A stretch of 59,326 nt of DNA from a virus (Duplodnaviria; Caudoviricetes), in the IMG/VR virus record IMGVR_UViG_3300025133_000114, positions 1-59,326 of that record. One strand, written 5' to 3'. Both the position numbers and the translations under genes were made by a program. The stretch's first letter is position 1. The number at the start of each line of letters is the position of its first letter. Positions 45,818 to 55,115 of the stretch are shown here, in pieces. Under the pieces are notes generated by a model. The model was not told the DNA's origin and did no database searches. It was given only the letters and a program-made list of their open reading frames with translations.

Positions 45818-46502
45818 TAGAGGAGGCGAAGTGCCAGAACCAGAACCAGAAAGTGACAATCACACTGATGACAAGGCTGTCGACACGAGTCAAATAGTGT
45901 CGTTGGGCGATGTCTTTGGAGACCTAATGGGGGAGAAACCTTCTATTCGAAAGCTGGGCATAATCGGGGATATTGCTGAAGAGAAGACAAGCGATATTAT
46001 CTACGGTATGCTCTTGCTACATGATAGCCGAGAGCAGGAGCGGCTGAAGGATCCGACGGATCCTAAATCTGAAATTGAAAAGGTTGTCGAACCTTTTGAG
46101 GTCATCATCTCAACAAATGGAGGCGATGCAAGAGAAATGTTTGCAATTTATGATATGATGCGTCATATTCGTAAGGATTGCGAGATCGCCACCCTCGGCA
46201 TTGGCAAAGTCATGTCGGCGGGCGTGCCTCTCTTGGCGGCGGGGACGAAGGGCAAGCGGCGTATCGGAAAGTATTGTCGTATCATGCTCCATAACGTTTC
46301 GGCGGGCACCATTGGTGCTATTCCACAGATGCAGAATGAGATGAAGGAGGTCGAGAAGATTCAAAAACAGTACATTGAAATTCTCGCAACAGAAACCAAT
46401 ATGACCGAAAGACAAATAAAGAAACTAATTAATAAGAATGTAAACGTTTATTTGTCGGCTGAAGAAGCACTAGAGTTGGGGATCGTTGATGAAATCATTT
46501 GA
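45792..46502 (+). CDS. clpP: ClpP-family serine protease
   Basis: ISTNGG, AIYD.M, G..MSAG, GTKGKR, RIMLH, YLSAEEALE.G.VD. Confidence 0.9.
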   Translation: MASKDLLVSRGGEVPEPEPESDNHTDDKAVDTSQIVSLGDVFGDLMGEKPSIRKLGIIGDIAEEKTSDIIYGMLLLHDSREQERLKDPTDPKSEIEKVVEPFEVIISTNGGDAREMFAIYDMMRHIRKDCEIATLGIGKVMSAGVPLLAAGTKGKRRIGKYCRIMLHNVSAGTIGAIPQMQNEMKEVEKIQKQYIEILATETNMTERQIKKLINKNVNVYLSAEEALELGIVDEII

Positions 46503-47766
46503 GCAATTAGTAAAAGAATACTATGAACCTGCATCAAAAGAGGGTGTAAGCTCTCCTTTGTTTGAGATGGTCGAAAAGGTGATGAAAGAAGTCGAAACTT
46601 TTCCCCGACCGGGAACTCCTCGCATAAGCATGGGGAGACCATCCTCCCTCCAAGATCCGCCACAGGGGGAGCCTGAAGTTCCCGAGGAAAAACTAAAAAC
46701 TGTAGAGATCTTAAAGAACTTTTTAAGACAAAAAGGATATTCTGACGAGAACTTCGCCGTGAAGGCAAAATCTGGCATTTCAACAGAATTTAAGCTCTTG
46801 GTGCCCTTGGGTGTTGATGGGCGTCGAGAAATAGTAGACGCATTAGCTTCTGAGTTGGATTTTCTTGGCTATGAATACGACTTTACTTATGGGAGGACGG
46901 GGAGGTTTGCTAATATAACGTCCCCGGTTGATAAAGTATATTTTCTCATTAAACCATCGGGAGCCGCCCGTACTGGTCCACAGTATACGGGAGAGCAATA
47001 TGAAAAAGATTTGGAAGCGTCGATTTCAAATGTTTTGGGGGATACCTTCGAGGTGGTGACGGCAGGCTTTGGTCACGGCTCCGATATTGTTGTAAAGAAG
47101 GCTGGTAGCACAGACAAACTTTCTATAGAGGCAAAGTCTAATGTTGGAACCGATTATGGTCAGGCGTCGGCAAGAATTGATCCTGTGACGGGTGAGTGGG
47201 AAATGAATCCGACGCGGCAACTATTGGGCAACAAAGATAGGCATGGATTATTTTTGGTGATCTTGCAAAAGCTCAAAGAGGCGGGTCTTCTGCCCTCGTT
47301 TAAAGGAGCCGAAGAGAGAGGCTTTGGTCCATCGGCATACCCAGACATTTATTCAAAAAAGGGAGAGCACATTTATGGTCTGAGGCGTTCGGCTACTACG
47401 GCATCGATTGCTTCGCGGCTAAAGTCTGATTGGTTTGGTGCGAGGAATAAGGAAAGCCTGTATCTAGAGTACCGTGTCGACAATATCGTTCAGTATTATA
47501 GAAGCAAGGGAGATGACTTGATGCAAATAAGAGGGTATGGTCTTTATGCACTAACCGAGGAAATGGCTGAAACGTTTGACATTCCAATGTTTGGCGAGGG
47601 GGTGACGGGTCAGATTAGGTTTAGATTAAAACCTCATGGTGGTCCGCATGGAATACATAGTTTTACAGTAGCCAATAATATAAGGGGAAGGTTGAAGCGT
47701 AGTCGCTTAAGTTTGGATAATGAAGAAGGAATTCTTGCTGTGGCTGATTATTTGAGGCGAGCTTGA
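46489..47766 (+). CDS. Putative PD-(D/E)xK nuclease with T4 CTS-like leader MKSFEQLVKE
   Basis: G..YE..L, GSDIVV, SIEAKS, DYGQ; ACTAATTA at 46424-46431. Confidence 0.6.
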   Translation: MKSFEQLVKEYYEPASKEGVSSPLFEMVEKVMKEVETFPRPGTPRISMGRPSSLQDPPQGEPEVPEEKLKTVEILKNFLRQKGYSDENFAVKAKSGISTEFKLLVPLGVDGRREIVDALASELDFLGYEYDFTYGRTGRFANITSPVDKVYFLIKPSGAARTGPQYTGEQYEKDLEASISNVLGDTFEVVTAGFGHGSDIVVKKAGSTDKLSIEAKSNVGTDYGQASARIDPVTGEWEMNPTRQLLGNKDRHGLFLVILQKLKEAGLLPSFKGAEERGFGPSAYPDIYSKKGEHIYGLRRSATTASIASRLKSDWFGARNKESLYLEYRVDNIVQYYRSKGDDLMQIRGYGLYALTEEMAETFDIPMFGEGVTGQIRFRLKPHGGPHGIHSFTVANNIRGRLKRSRLSLDNEEGILAVADYLRRA

Positions 47767-48698
47767 AAGAAGAAGTTTATAACCGCTTCAAAGATTACAG
47801 CGGTTCTCATTGTTGGCAATACGAAGTGAGTCGACAGAACCGTACTGAAGATTTGCAGATGGCTGGCATCACGAGGGAAGAGAGCAGCGTTCTTTCTGTT
47901 GCTGATTTCTCTTTTGATTTTGTTCCGAAGGAGGACAAAAAGCAAAGCCAAGAGATAAAGGATTTTATTGAACGTCATGAATGGCTGGGCAAGATGCCAA
48001 TCTGGGTCACTCACAGATTTGTTGCAAGACTTAAGAGCACAAATAGACTGGCTGGGGTGATAGTAATGGCGACACCGAATGCATTCTCCAATCTTCTTGG
48101 GAAAGAGAATCGAGGGCTGGAAAAGTTGATTGCTCGTGGAGCTTGTATCTCGTGGTCCCCAAAGAATCTTGCTTCGTGGCTGGTGATGAAGTCGATTCGC
48201 TGGATGGTTGAGAACACAGAGTTTAGATACTTTACGGCTTACAGTGATCCAGAAGCGAAGGAGCTAGGAACGATTTACCAGGCTTGTAACTTTTATTATT
48301 TGGGTCAGAAGTTCGGCGCGGGCAAACAATATCTGGATCCTGAAAAGCCAGCACGAGGCTGGTTTGGTTCTGCCGGGTTCAGCGACCGTAGCCAGATTGT
48401 TCGCTATGCTAAGAAGTTAGGAATTGAATGGCAAAGCGAATGGTATAAGATGGTGGGTTCCAAGAAGAACTATCGAAAAGTGAACTGGAAGGCTATACCT
48501 GACGATGTATCGGCTCGGCTGAAACAGGAGCGGGAGGAGCATAAGGCGAGGTGCCAACAGCGGCAGTCTCCTTCGAAGCACAAGTATTGCTATATCATCG
48601 GGAGAAGCAAGAGAGAAACAAAGGCTCTGAAGCGCAGGTTTTCTGAGGTGAATCCTGCGTTGGCTGGTCTACCATATCCAAAAGAGAGAGGTATTTAG
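47763..48698 (+). CDS. Mom-like DNA adenine modification (GNAT-fold) enzyme
   Basis: FIERHEWLG, LI.R, N..SW, AYSDP...E.GTIYQACNF.YLG, K.KY. Confidence 0.75.
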   Translation: MKEEVYNRFKDYSGSHCWQYEVSRQNRTEDLQMAGITREESSVLSVADFSFDFVPKEDKKQSQEIKDFIERHEWLGKMPIWVTHRFVARLKSTNRLAGVIVMATPNAFSNLLGKENRGLEKLIARGACISWSPKNLASWLVMKSIRWMVENTEFRYFTAYSDPEAKELGTIYQACNFYYLGQKFGAGKQYLDPEKPARGWFGSAGFSDRSQIVRYAKKLGIEWQSEWYKMVGSKKNYRKVNWKAIPDDVSARLKQEREEHKARCQQRQSPSKHKYCYIIGRSKRETKALKRRFSEVNPALAGLPYPKERGI

Positions 48699-50246
48699 AT
48701 GAAGTATTATGATTCAGGTATGGCGCTTCGACAGAAGATTCTGTCCGGCATTGATGTTTTGACCGACAATGTGGCATCCACACTTGGACCGAGGGGTCGT
48801 AACGTAATTTTACAAGGAGCCGAGGGTAACCCTATCATCACCAAAGATGGTGTCACCGTTGCCAATTTTGTTGAACTGGACGACCCATTCGAAAACGCGG
48901 GAGTTCAGGTTATTAAGCAGGCTGCGGCTCGGACAAACTCGATGGCAGGTGATGGGACTACGACGGCTACTGTTTTGGCTCGTGCTATTTATAAAAATGC
49001 ACAAAGCCATATCCAAGTCGGCTGCTCGCCTATCGTTCTTAAGCGCGAGATCGATGAGGCAGTTGAACAGGTCGTCAACAGCTTGGAATCTTTGTCGCGC
49101 CCCATCGAGAGTGAGGATGATATCCTCCACATTGCGACCATCTCCGCGAACAACGATGAAAAGATCGGGAAACTCGTGGCGATGGCTATCAGCAGTGCCG
49201 GTAAGGATGGTTCCATCACGGTCGAGGAGGCTCGTTCCATTGAAACTTCGCTCGACTTGGTTGAAGGCTTCAGGTTTGATGGTGGATATGTCTCCCCATC
49301 ATTTATAAATAATGAACGCCGTGGTGCCGTTGTCTATGATGAGCCGCTCATTCTGGTAACAGATGAGAAGATCGAGAATGTCCAAAACATCCTTCCGGTG
49401 CTCGAACAGGTCGCTCGCGAAGCACGCCCATTTGTAATTGTTGGGTCGGAATTTGAAGGTCAGGGTTTGGCTGCTCTGATCATGAACGCTATTCGAGGAT
49501 CGATGAGGATTGCTGCGGTTAAGGCTCCTCGCTATGGTGAGGAGCGGAAGAACATTCTTAAAGACCTGGCTCTGTCGGTGGGTGCCACTTTTATTTCGCG
49601 TGAAACGGGAATTCGCCTCAAAGAAGCTCGCCTTGAGCACTTGGGGACATCTCGTAAGGTTGATATACTTAAGGGAGGTACGACTATCATCGGAGGCAAA
49701 GGCGATTCCGAAGAGGTTGTGAAGAGGATGGACGCACTCCGGGTCGAACTTCAACAAACAGATTCGCTATATGAGTGCGAAAGAATCCAAGACCGTATTA
49801 GTCGCTTGAATAGTGGTGTGGCTGTTATTCGGGTCGGAGCAGCAACTGAGATTGAAATGGTCGAGAAGCGACACCGTATCGAGGACGCGCTGGAGGCAGT
49901 CAAGTCAGCCCAACAAGAGGGTATTTTGGCAGGCGGTGGGGTGTCTTTGGTGCGTGCATCTCAGAAACTTACTCTAAAAACGAAAGGCGCTCATATTGTT
50001 CGGGAAGCAATTCTTGAGCCGGTACGCCAAATGGCTAGAAACGCTGGAGATAGCCCAGATGTGGTCGTTGAGAAAATCCTCAAAGGAAGGGGTTCTAAGG
50101 GGTGGGATTTTACTAAGGGTAGAATGACAGATATGTTCGCAGAAGGCGTTGTAGACCCCTGTAAGGTGACAAGATGTGCCCTTCAGAACGCTGCTTCTGC
50201 TGCTTCGACCCTGATAACCACCAATCACGCTATTGTGCAAAGATAG
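48699..50246 (+). CDS. groEL: Chaperonin GroEL
   Basis: TLGPRGRNV, TKDGVTVA, GDGTTTATVLA, KAP.YG, GGG, DP.KV. Confidence 0.97.
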   Translation: MKYYDSGMALRQKILSGIDVLTDNVASTLGPRGRNVILQGAEGNPIITKDGVTVANFVELDDPFENAGVQVIKQAAARTNSMAGDGTTTATVLARAIYKNAQSHIQVGCSPIVLKREIDEAVEQVVNSLESLSRPIESEDDILHIATISANNDEKIGKLVAMAISSAGKDGSITVEEARSIETSLDLVEGFRFDGGYVSPSFINNERRGAVVYDEPLILVTDEKIENVQNILPVLEQVAREARPFVIVGSEFEGQGLAALIMNAIRGSMRIAAVKAPRYGEERKNILKDLALSVGATFISRETGIRLKEARLEHLGTSRKVDILKGGTTIIGGKGDSEEVVKRMDALRVELQQTDSLYECERIQDRISRLNSGVAVIRVGAATEIEMVEKRHRIEDALEAVKSAQQEGILAGGGVSLVRASQKLTLKTKGAHIVREAILEPVRQMARNAGDSPDVVVEKILKGRGSKGWDFTKGRMTDMFAEGVVDPCKVTRCALQNAASAASTLITTNHAIVQR

Positions 50247-50249
50247 TGG

Positions 50250-50278
50250 TTGACAATTTGTGCCGCAAGGGCTATATT
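50250..50278 (+). promoter_or_regulatory. sigma70-like promoter
   Basis: TTGACA-17-TATATT. Confidence 0.75.
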
Positions 50279-50295
50279 AATATAAAGGAAAAAGC

Positions 50296-50688
50296 ATGAG
50301 AGTAAATATAAGCTATTCTGTTGACCTCGACGATATTCCAGACAAAGTTCTCGAATTCCTAGACGGGGTGAAGGAGCAGCAAAGAAACGAGTTAGCAGAG
50401 GCACTAGAGTCGATCACTGGGGCGATGGAACACAGGAATTATGTTGTCGCCACAGAACAAATAGCCGCCATGAGAGACACCCTCGCAGCGATGGATATCT
50501 GTCTTGACGACTGTATGCATATTCTTGCTGGCTACTCGAAGACTCTTGCCGATATAGCTAACGGCAAGAAAGGAGAAGAGGGAAAGATGGAACACCCTCC
50601 AGAGATGGTCGCAGCCTTAGAGCAAGAACTTATCAGGATGCAGGAGAAAAGAAATGAACTTAACTCGAAAAAAGAGGATGGTGGGTGA
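50296..50688 (+). CDS. Hypothetical protein
   Basis: AAGGA RBS after promoter. Confidence 0.7.
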   Translation: MRVNISYSVDLDDIPDKVLEFLDGVKEQQRNELAEALESITGAMEHRNYVVATEQIAAMRDTLAAMDICLDDCMHILAGYSKTLADIANGKKGEEGKMEHPPEMVAALEQELIRMQEKRNELNSKKEDGG

Positions 50689-50887
50689 TTTAGTTTACAT
50701 TCCAGCGAACACCCCTTTGTGCCGAGAAGGGCGTGTGATAGAACTGGAAAGCCCAATGCACCTAATCATTGCCGAAACCGATGCCCTCGACGAAGGCTCT
50801 CTTCCGGTGAATGATTTGTGTTCAGTCGTGTTTGGTGGCAGTGTTTGGTGGGTTCCAGCACGAAGTGTTTACACCCCAAGGAGGTAA
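50678..50887 (+). CDS. Small SH3/KOW-like hypothetical protein
   Basis: VGDLVYIP start; GAGG RBS. Confidence 0.6.
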   Translation: MVGDLVYIPANTPLCREGRVIELESPMHLIIAETDALDEGSLPVNDLCSVVFGGSVWWVPARSVYTPRR

Positions 50888-50888
50888 T

Positions 50889-51170
50889 GTGGTGGTTAAA
50901 TTTGTTGAAATAGTGAAACTGGGTAACGATATAGGGAGTCGTTCTGATTATATGCTGAGAGAGGTATTTGTAAATCCTAAGCAGGTGACGATGTTGCGAG
51001 AAAACAGCGTGATGAAGAATCTCCTTAGAGAAGGTAGATTGCCGTCTGAGCTTGACGACCGAATAGAATTTACTAGAATCTACTTGAACACAAATATAGA
51101 TTTAAACGTAGTCGGCTCACCAGTCGTGGTGGAGTCCAAGTTAAACACGAAACAACTCTTGAGAGGTTAG
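50889..51170 (+). CDS. Hypothetical protein
   Basis: GGAGG RBS, GTG start; V.VNP..V motif. Confidence 0.6.
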   Translation: MVVKFVEIVKLGNDIGSRSDYMLREVFVNPKQVTMLRENSVMKNLLREGRLPSELDDRIEFTRIYLNTNIDLNVVGSPVVVESKLNTKQLLRG

Positions 51171-51172
51171 GG

Positions 51173-51571
51173 ATGTCAGAATTACAATTTAAGTGCAGCT
51201 TTAAGCCTGTAGGGGAGTGGTCGGGGCTGAGCTTTGAGGACAAGGAGAAAACAAAGAGTGGGCGCTACACGGTCTCTGTTTTACCGGTGAGGGGCTACGG
51301 CTCTAAAGTCTGGGCTGTAGTCGCTTACATTGATGTGGACTATAAATCACTCAGGTCCGAGGGGTACTCTGATAAACAGATTGTTGAAGGGTGTGTGAAC
51401 TTCTTGAACAAGCCATTGACGAGGAGGCATCGCAAGCCTCGCTACGGGGAGCTTGCTCCAAACTGGACGTGCGTCCTTGAAGATAAAGATTTGATTTCGG
51501 TATGCTTGCTGGTCGACCAAAAGAACAATAAGAACTTTTGGGGAAAGGGATGGAAGGGATGGAGAAAGTAA
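51173..51571 (+). CDS. Hypothetical protein
   Basis: Tightly packed ORF. Confidence 0.6.
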   Translation: MSELQFKCSFKPVGEWSGLSFEDKEKTKSGRYTVSVLPVRGYGSKVWAVVAYIDVDYKSLRSEGYSDKQIVEGCVNFLNKPLTRRHRKPRYGELAPNWTCVLEDKDLISVCLLVDQKNNKNFWGKGWKGWRK

Positions 51572-51991
51572 ATGAACTTCCAAGAAGATATAAACCACCT
51601 GGAAGCTTATTTGGTAGAGAGACACGATGTTCATGTTTCTTTTTCGTACAATGAGCCCAATGGCAGTTCTAAAGATTCTAAAATAATAACCATAAACTCC
51701 AGACAAACAAAACAAAACCAGTTATTGACACTGTTGCACGAAGCGGGTCATTCTGTTCTATATGACGATGGCGACTATGGAACTACATTTTCAGGTATAA
51801 TCTACCAACCTTTTAAGCGGCGATTCTCCAGGGCAAACGCCGTAAGTGTACTGAGAAATGAAGTTATGGCTTGGGAGGAGGGATACCGATTAGCGGCTAT
51901 GTTGGGTATTGAGGTTGATCTTATGAGGTGGAGTAAACTAAGGGACAAGTGTCTTTACAACTACATGAAATGGGCACTAGGGGAATTATAA
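51572..51991 (+). CDS. HExxH zinc metallopeptidase-like (ImmA/IrrE-like)
   Basis: TLLHEAGH...NE..AW. Confidence 0.75.
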   Translation: MNFQEDINHLEAYLVERHDVHVSFSYNEPNGSSKDSKIITINSRQTKQNQLLTLLHEAGHSVLYDDGDYGTTFSGIIYQPFKRRFSRANAVSVLRNEVMAWEEGYRLAAMLGIEVDLMRWSKLRDKCLYNYMKWALGEL

Positions 51992-51994
51992 AAA

Positions 51995-52351
51995 ATGGAT
52001 TATCAAAAGTTGTTTCTAGCTTGCTTATTTTTTTTGATGGGTCAGATAGGCGTATGGTTCGGCTGCAACTCTCAATTAGTGTGGAAGTGGTGGGAGGATA
52101 AGCCCATCACCGCAGCCTTAATCTTTGGCGTCCCTACTACCATTTGTATCTGGTACGGAACCAAGTATGCTTATGCCGCCATGGGGGAGTTATGGGGTCC
52201 ACGATTTTTGGGGTTCGGGATGTCGTATATTTCGTTCCCGATTTTGACATGGTGGTTTCTTAACGAAAGCATGTTCACCCCTAAGACGATGGCTTGTGTG
52301 TTTCTTTCTTGTTCGATTATTTTAATTCAAATTATGTGGAAAACCGCTTGA
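51995..52351 (+). CDS. Small 4-TM membrane protein (SMR/DMT-like)
   Basis: Four hydrophobic segments, ..FLNE.... motif. Confidence 0.6.
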   Translation: MDYQKLFLACLFFLMGQIGVWFGCNSQLVWKWWEDKPITAALIFGVPTTICIWYGTKYAYAAMGELWGPRFLGFGMSYISFPILTWWFLNESMFTPKTMACVFLSCSIILIQIMWKTA

Positions 52352-52430
52352 CATCGTTTTGGAGGTGGTTATATTAGATATGTGGTAAGACACACTCACG
52401 TTTACACAACGTGACACAACGTGGATACAC
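52348..52430 (+). promoter_or_regulatory. sigma70-like promoter plus repeated ACACAACGTG elements
   Basis: TTGACA-16-TATATT; direct repeats at 52404-52423. Confidence 0.6.
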
Positions 52431-52448
52431 TTTTTAAGGAGCACACAT

Positions 52449-52898
52449 ATGCCATTTGTCAATCATAATTCCATTAAACCGTTTCGTTATAACACGAAGC
52501 ACTTCTTCAACGAAATTGAAGATATTTTCGATCTCATGGACCCTATGAAGAATAATACTTTTCTTGAGCGTCTTAGAGGCACTAGCCTTGGAGGTCAGCC
52601 ACAAACAAATGTAGAGAGCTACGAAGACAAGTGCGTTATTACGATGGCTGTTCCAGGCATCTCACGCGATGATATCAAAGTCGACGTGGAACGCGACACG
52701 CTATCTATTTCATACGAGGAAGACGATTCGGAAAATTCAATTTTCGACTTTCAGCCTTCTTTCCGAAAATCTTGGACAGTTAACAGCAGCATCGATCTTG
52801 AGACGATCAATGCGGATTATAACAACGGTGTTCTAATCGTGGAATTGCCAAAGAAGAGCGAAAGTGGGTCTATCGCCCGCCGTGTTGAAATCAAGTAA
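52449..52898 (+). CDS. Small heat-shock protein (Hsp20)
   Basis: P.TNV, VPG....DI.V, F.KSW, A.Y.NGVL.V.LPK. Confidence 0.92.
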   Translation: MPFVNHNSIKPFRYNTKHFFNEIEDIFDLMDPMKNNTFLERLRGTSLGGQPQTNVESYEDKCVITMAVPGISRDDIKVDVERDTLSISYEEDDSENSIFDFQPSFRKSWTVNSSIDLETINADYNNGVLIVELPKKSESGSIARRVEIK

Positions 52899-52921
52899 AG
52901 GCTCTAAGCTGGGTGTGAAAT

Positions 52922-52952
52922 AAAAAGGCACCCACGTATGGGTGCCTTTTTT
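52922..52952 (+). terminator. Rho-independent terminator
   Basis: AAAAAGGCACCCA-CGTA-TGGGTGCCTTTTTT. Confidence 0.9.
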
Positions 52953-52962
52953 CATTTGCAAA

Positions 52963-52970
52963 ACTATTTA
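52963..52970 (+). promoter_or_regulatory. Putative late promoter ACTATTTA
   Basis: Recurrent motif. Confidence 0.65.
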
Positions 52971-52990
52971 TACTGATAACAGAGAGGGAC

Positions 52991-53776
52991 GTGATTTTGG
53001 AAAGTTGGAAAAGGTTCGTGTCTAGCGCTCAGCAGCGATCACCGCGCTTATATTATCATGTGACGAGCGCGAGCAACAGAGAGAACATTGAGGTTCACGG
53101 CATTTATGGATCGACCAAAGCCGGTGATCGTGACTATACATATAGTGACGGCGACGAAGATGTGAAAGAGAAGAGAATTTATCTCTTCTCCTCCCAGAAC
53201 TCCGCTTTCATGGCTGCGTTTTCAAATCTTGACTCTGGCGTGTTCGGAGGAGCACAACCTCCTTTTATATTTGTAAAAGTTAATCTCGCAAAGGCTGGAA
53301 GAGAGATGGCGGTTCATGCCGATCTTGAGTTACCGGACTTTGACGCTTACTATGTCACAGGCGATTTGCCCTCTCGTGCTGTCGTTGGGGTTGAGACGGA
53401 AGCAGAGGTCACAGAGAGACTAGAGAACGAAGAAAACGACGAATATAATGTTGAGGTTGATGGTGCCGAGCTTTACGAAGAGATAGACAAAATAAGAGTA
53501 TTCGAAATTGAGATGATGCTTAAAATCAGTGGTGGCATTGATGACACCCTCACCGACATTCGGTCAATCAAAGGTGTCACTATTGTTTCTACACGGGATA
53601 CACAACGTCATGGGCGAAGCTTCTTAACGAGGGCTACTATTAAATTCCACCCATCTAAAGAAGCCATGACCGGACAAACATATGTTAAGCAGATACTTGT
53701 ACCAACAATAAATAGCAGGGACATACCAGGCTGTATTGTTCTAAGGCAGGTGCCGCACAGCCTGAAGATGCTATAG
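52991..53776 (+). CDS. Two-domain protein: ADP-ribosyltransferase/Tpt1-like N-domain plus ACT-like C-domain
   Basis: YYHVT...N.E.I...GI, IYLF, ..LP..AV; C-terminal L.DIRSI.GVTIV. Confidence 0.55.
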   Translation: MILESWKRFVSSAQQRSPRLYYHVTSASNRENIEVHGIYGSTKAGDRDYTYSDGDEDVKEKRIYLFSSQNSAFMAAFSNLDSGVFGGAQPPFIFVKVNLAKAGREMAVHADLELPDFDAYYVTGDLPSRAVVGVETEAEVTERLENEENDEYNVEVDGAELYEEIDKIRVFEIEMMLKISGGIDDTLTDIRSIKGVTIVSTRDTQRHGRSFLTRATIKFHPSKEAMTGQTYVKQILVPTINSRDIPGCIVLRQVPHSLKML

Positions 53777-54453
53777 TGTTAAACGAGTGGAGAAAATTTC
53801 TTGTTGAGGAGCACAACAATCACTTGCCGCAGATTTACTGTGATATGGACGGCGTGCTTGTTGACTTTGAAGGGGGGGTTGTCAGCCAGATCAACCGCGA
53901 CTTGCTTGACGGCACAATCGAAGATTTCAAGCCCACCGGAGGAATAACCCCAATGGGACGACTGCGACGAGCTTTGTTGGCACTCCGCTCAGAGCCGCAA
54001 ATTGACAAGGCGGACCTAAGCAAAGGCGGGGGAGGCAATAGCCGAGCAGTGCGTAGGTACATGTATGACCGCGTTGAAGAAGACACAAAGTTCTGGACTG
54101 ATCTTCCCTGGATGCCGGGTGGTCGGAGGCTATGGAACTTTATTGCTCCTTACACACCCTATATTCTTACTTCCCCGATGGGAGAAGGGTCGAAAGTGGG
54201 CAAAACTAATTGGCTGGCAAAGCATAAACTGAACTACAGGAGGTGCGACGGCGGACCCTGCTTTAGCCATGATAAATGGAAGTGGGCGACCACAGATGGG
54301 AAGCAAAATATTCTCATTGATGATTGGGATAAGAACCTGATTCCTTGGGCGACACTGTTCGATGGCAGCCCCGGTGGTATCGCCATCAAGTGTGCTTTTG
54401 GTGATTCAGCTTCAGCCATCGAAGAGTTAAAAGAATTAGGATTTGGGGAGTAG
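53776..54453 (+). CDS. HAD 5'(3')-deoxyribonucleotidase-like (NT5C)
   Basis: IYCDMDGVLVDF, FW..LPWM.GG, ILTSP, K..W, ILIDD...N. Confidence 0.85.
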   Translation: MLNEWRKFLVEEHNNHLPQIYCDMDGVLVDFEGGVVSQINRDLLDGTIEDFKPTGGITPMGRLRRALLALRSEPQIDKADLSKGGGGNSRAVRRYMYDRVEEDTKFWTDLPWMPGGRRLWNFIAPYTPYILTSPMGEGSKVGKTNWLAKHKLNYRRCDGGPCFSHDKWKWATTDGKQNILIDDWDKNLIPWATLFDGSPGGIAIKCAFGDSASAIEELKELGFGE

Positions 54454-54458
54454 TGAAC

Positions 54459-54466
54459 ACTATTTA
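54459..54466 (+). promoter_or_regulatory. Putative late promoter ACTATTTA
   Basis: Recurrent motif. Confidence 0.65.
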
Positions 54467-54487
54467 TAAGTATTGGAGGAATCTTAG

Positions 54488-54928
54488 ATGAAAATGACAT
54501 CGAAAGATATTAAACGGATTATTAAGGAAGAAATGACTATGGTGCTGGAGGCTTACGAGATCACGGACCTCGTTGGCGATCTGGGCAGTGACGCCTTCGA
54601 TGCGCCCACGACCGAAAAGGAGCGCCATATTGACAAGGAGGGTTTTAAACTCCAAGAAGCTTTCTTTGATAGCTTGGTGAGGTCCGAGGGCATAGCGTTG
54701 CCAACAGGCGAAGAACATGACCTTGAATCCTGGTTTTCTGTTGTAGGAAACATGGTGGCGACCGGCGGGATCCACGAAAAGGAGGCGTTGTCGCTGGTTC
54801 ACAAGCTTGCTGACGCAGCAGGCGCTGCACTCCACACAGCAAGCGCCGGACTGGTTGACCAGGATCACCTTGACGATAAAGAGTGGGATGCACAGACCGA
54901 GATAGCAGCGAGGAAGAATGCCTTGTAG
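54488..54928 (+). CDS. Hypothetical late protein with IKRIIKEE leader
   Basis: GGAGG RBS, late motif. Confidence 0.75.
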   Translation: MKMTSKDIKRIIKEEMTMVLEAYEITDLVGDLGSDAFDAPTTEKERHIDKEGFKLQEAFFDSLVRSEGIALPTGEEHDLESWFSVVGNMVATGGIHEKEALSLVHKLADAAGAALHTASAGLVDQDHLDDKEWDAQTEIAARKNAL

Positions 54929-55115
54929 CAACTGTAAAACCCTTGAAACGACTCTTCAGAAGTTGAGGGACTTGGAAGAGGAAGTGACTCGGCTCAACGA
55001 TGAGAACGAGTCGTTGTGGTTTATGCTCAGAGAGCTTAGAGAAGCCGATGAAGCGCTCATGGACGCTTTATCAGAAATTGCTTTAGAGGGCATGACACCG
55101 AAAGCCGAGGCGTAA
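54918..55115 (+). CDS. Small coiled-coil protein
   Basis: CxxC followed by heptad repeat. Confidence 0.6.
   Translation: MPCSNCKTLETTLQKLRDLEEEVTRLNDENESLWFMLRELREADEALMDALSEIALEGMTPKAEA

Noticed and set aside
45792-46502. ClpP-like ORF as the prohead maturation protease
   Set aside because: It is far from the head genes and looks like cellular ClpP; a gp21-type protease is expected upstream of this window, though it cannot be seen here
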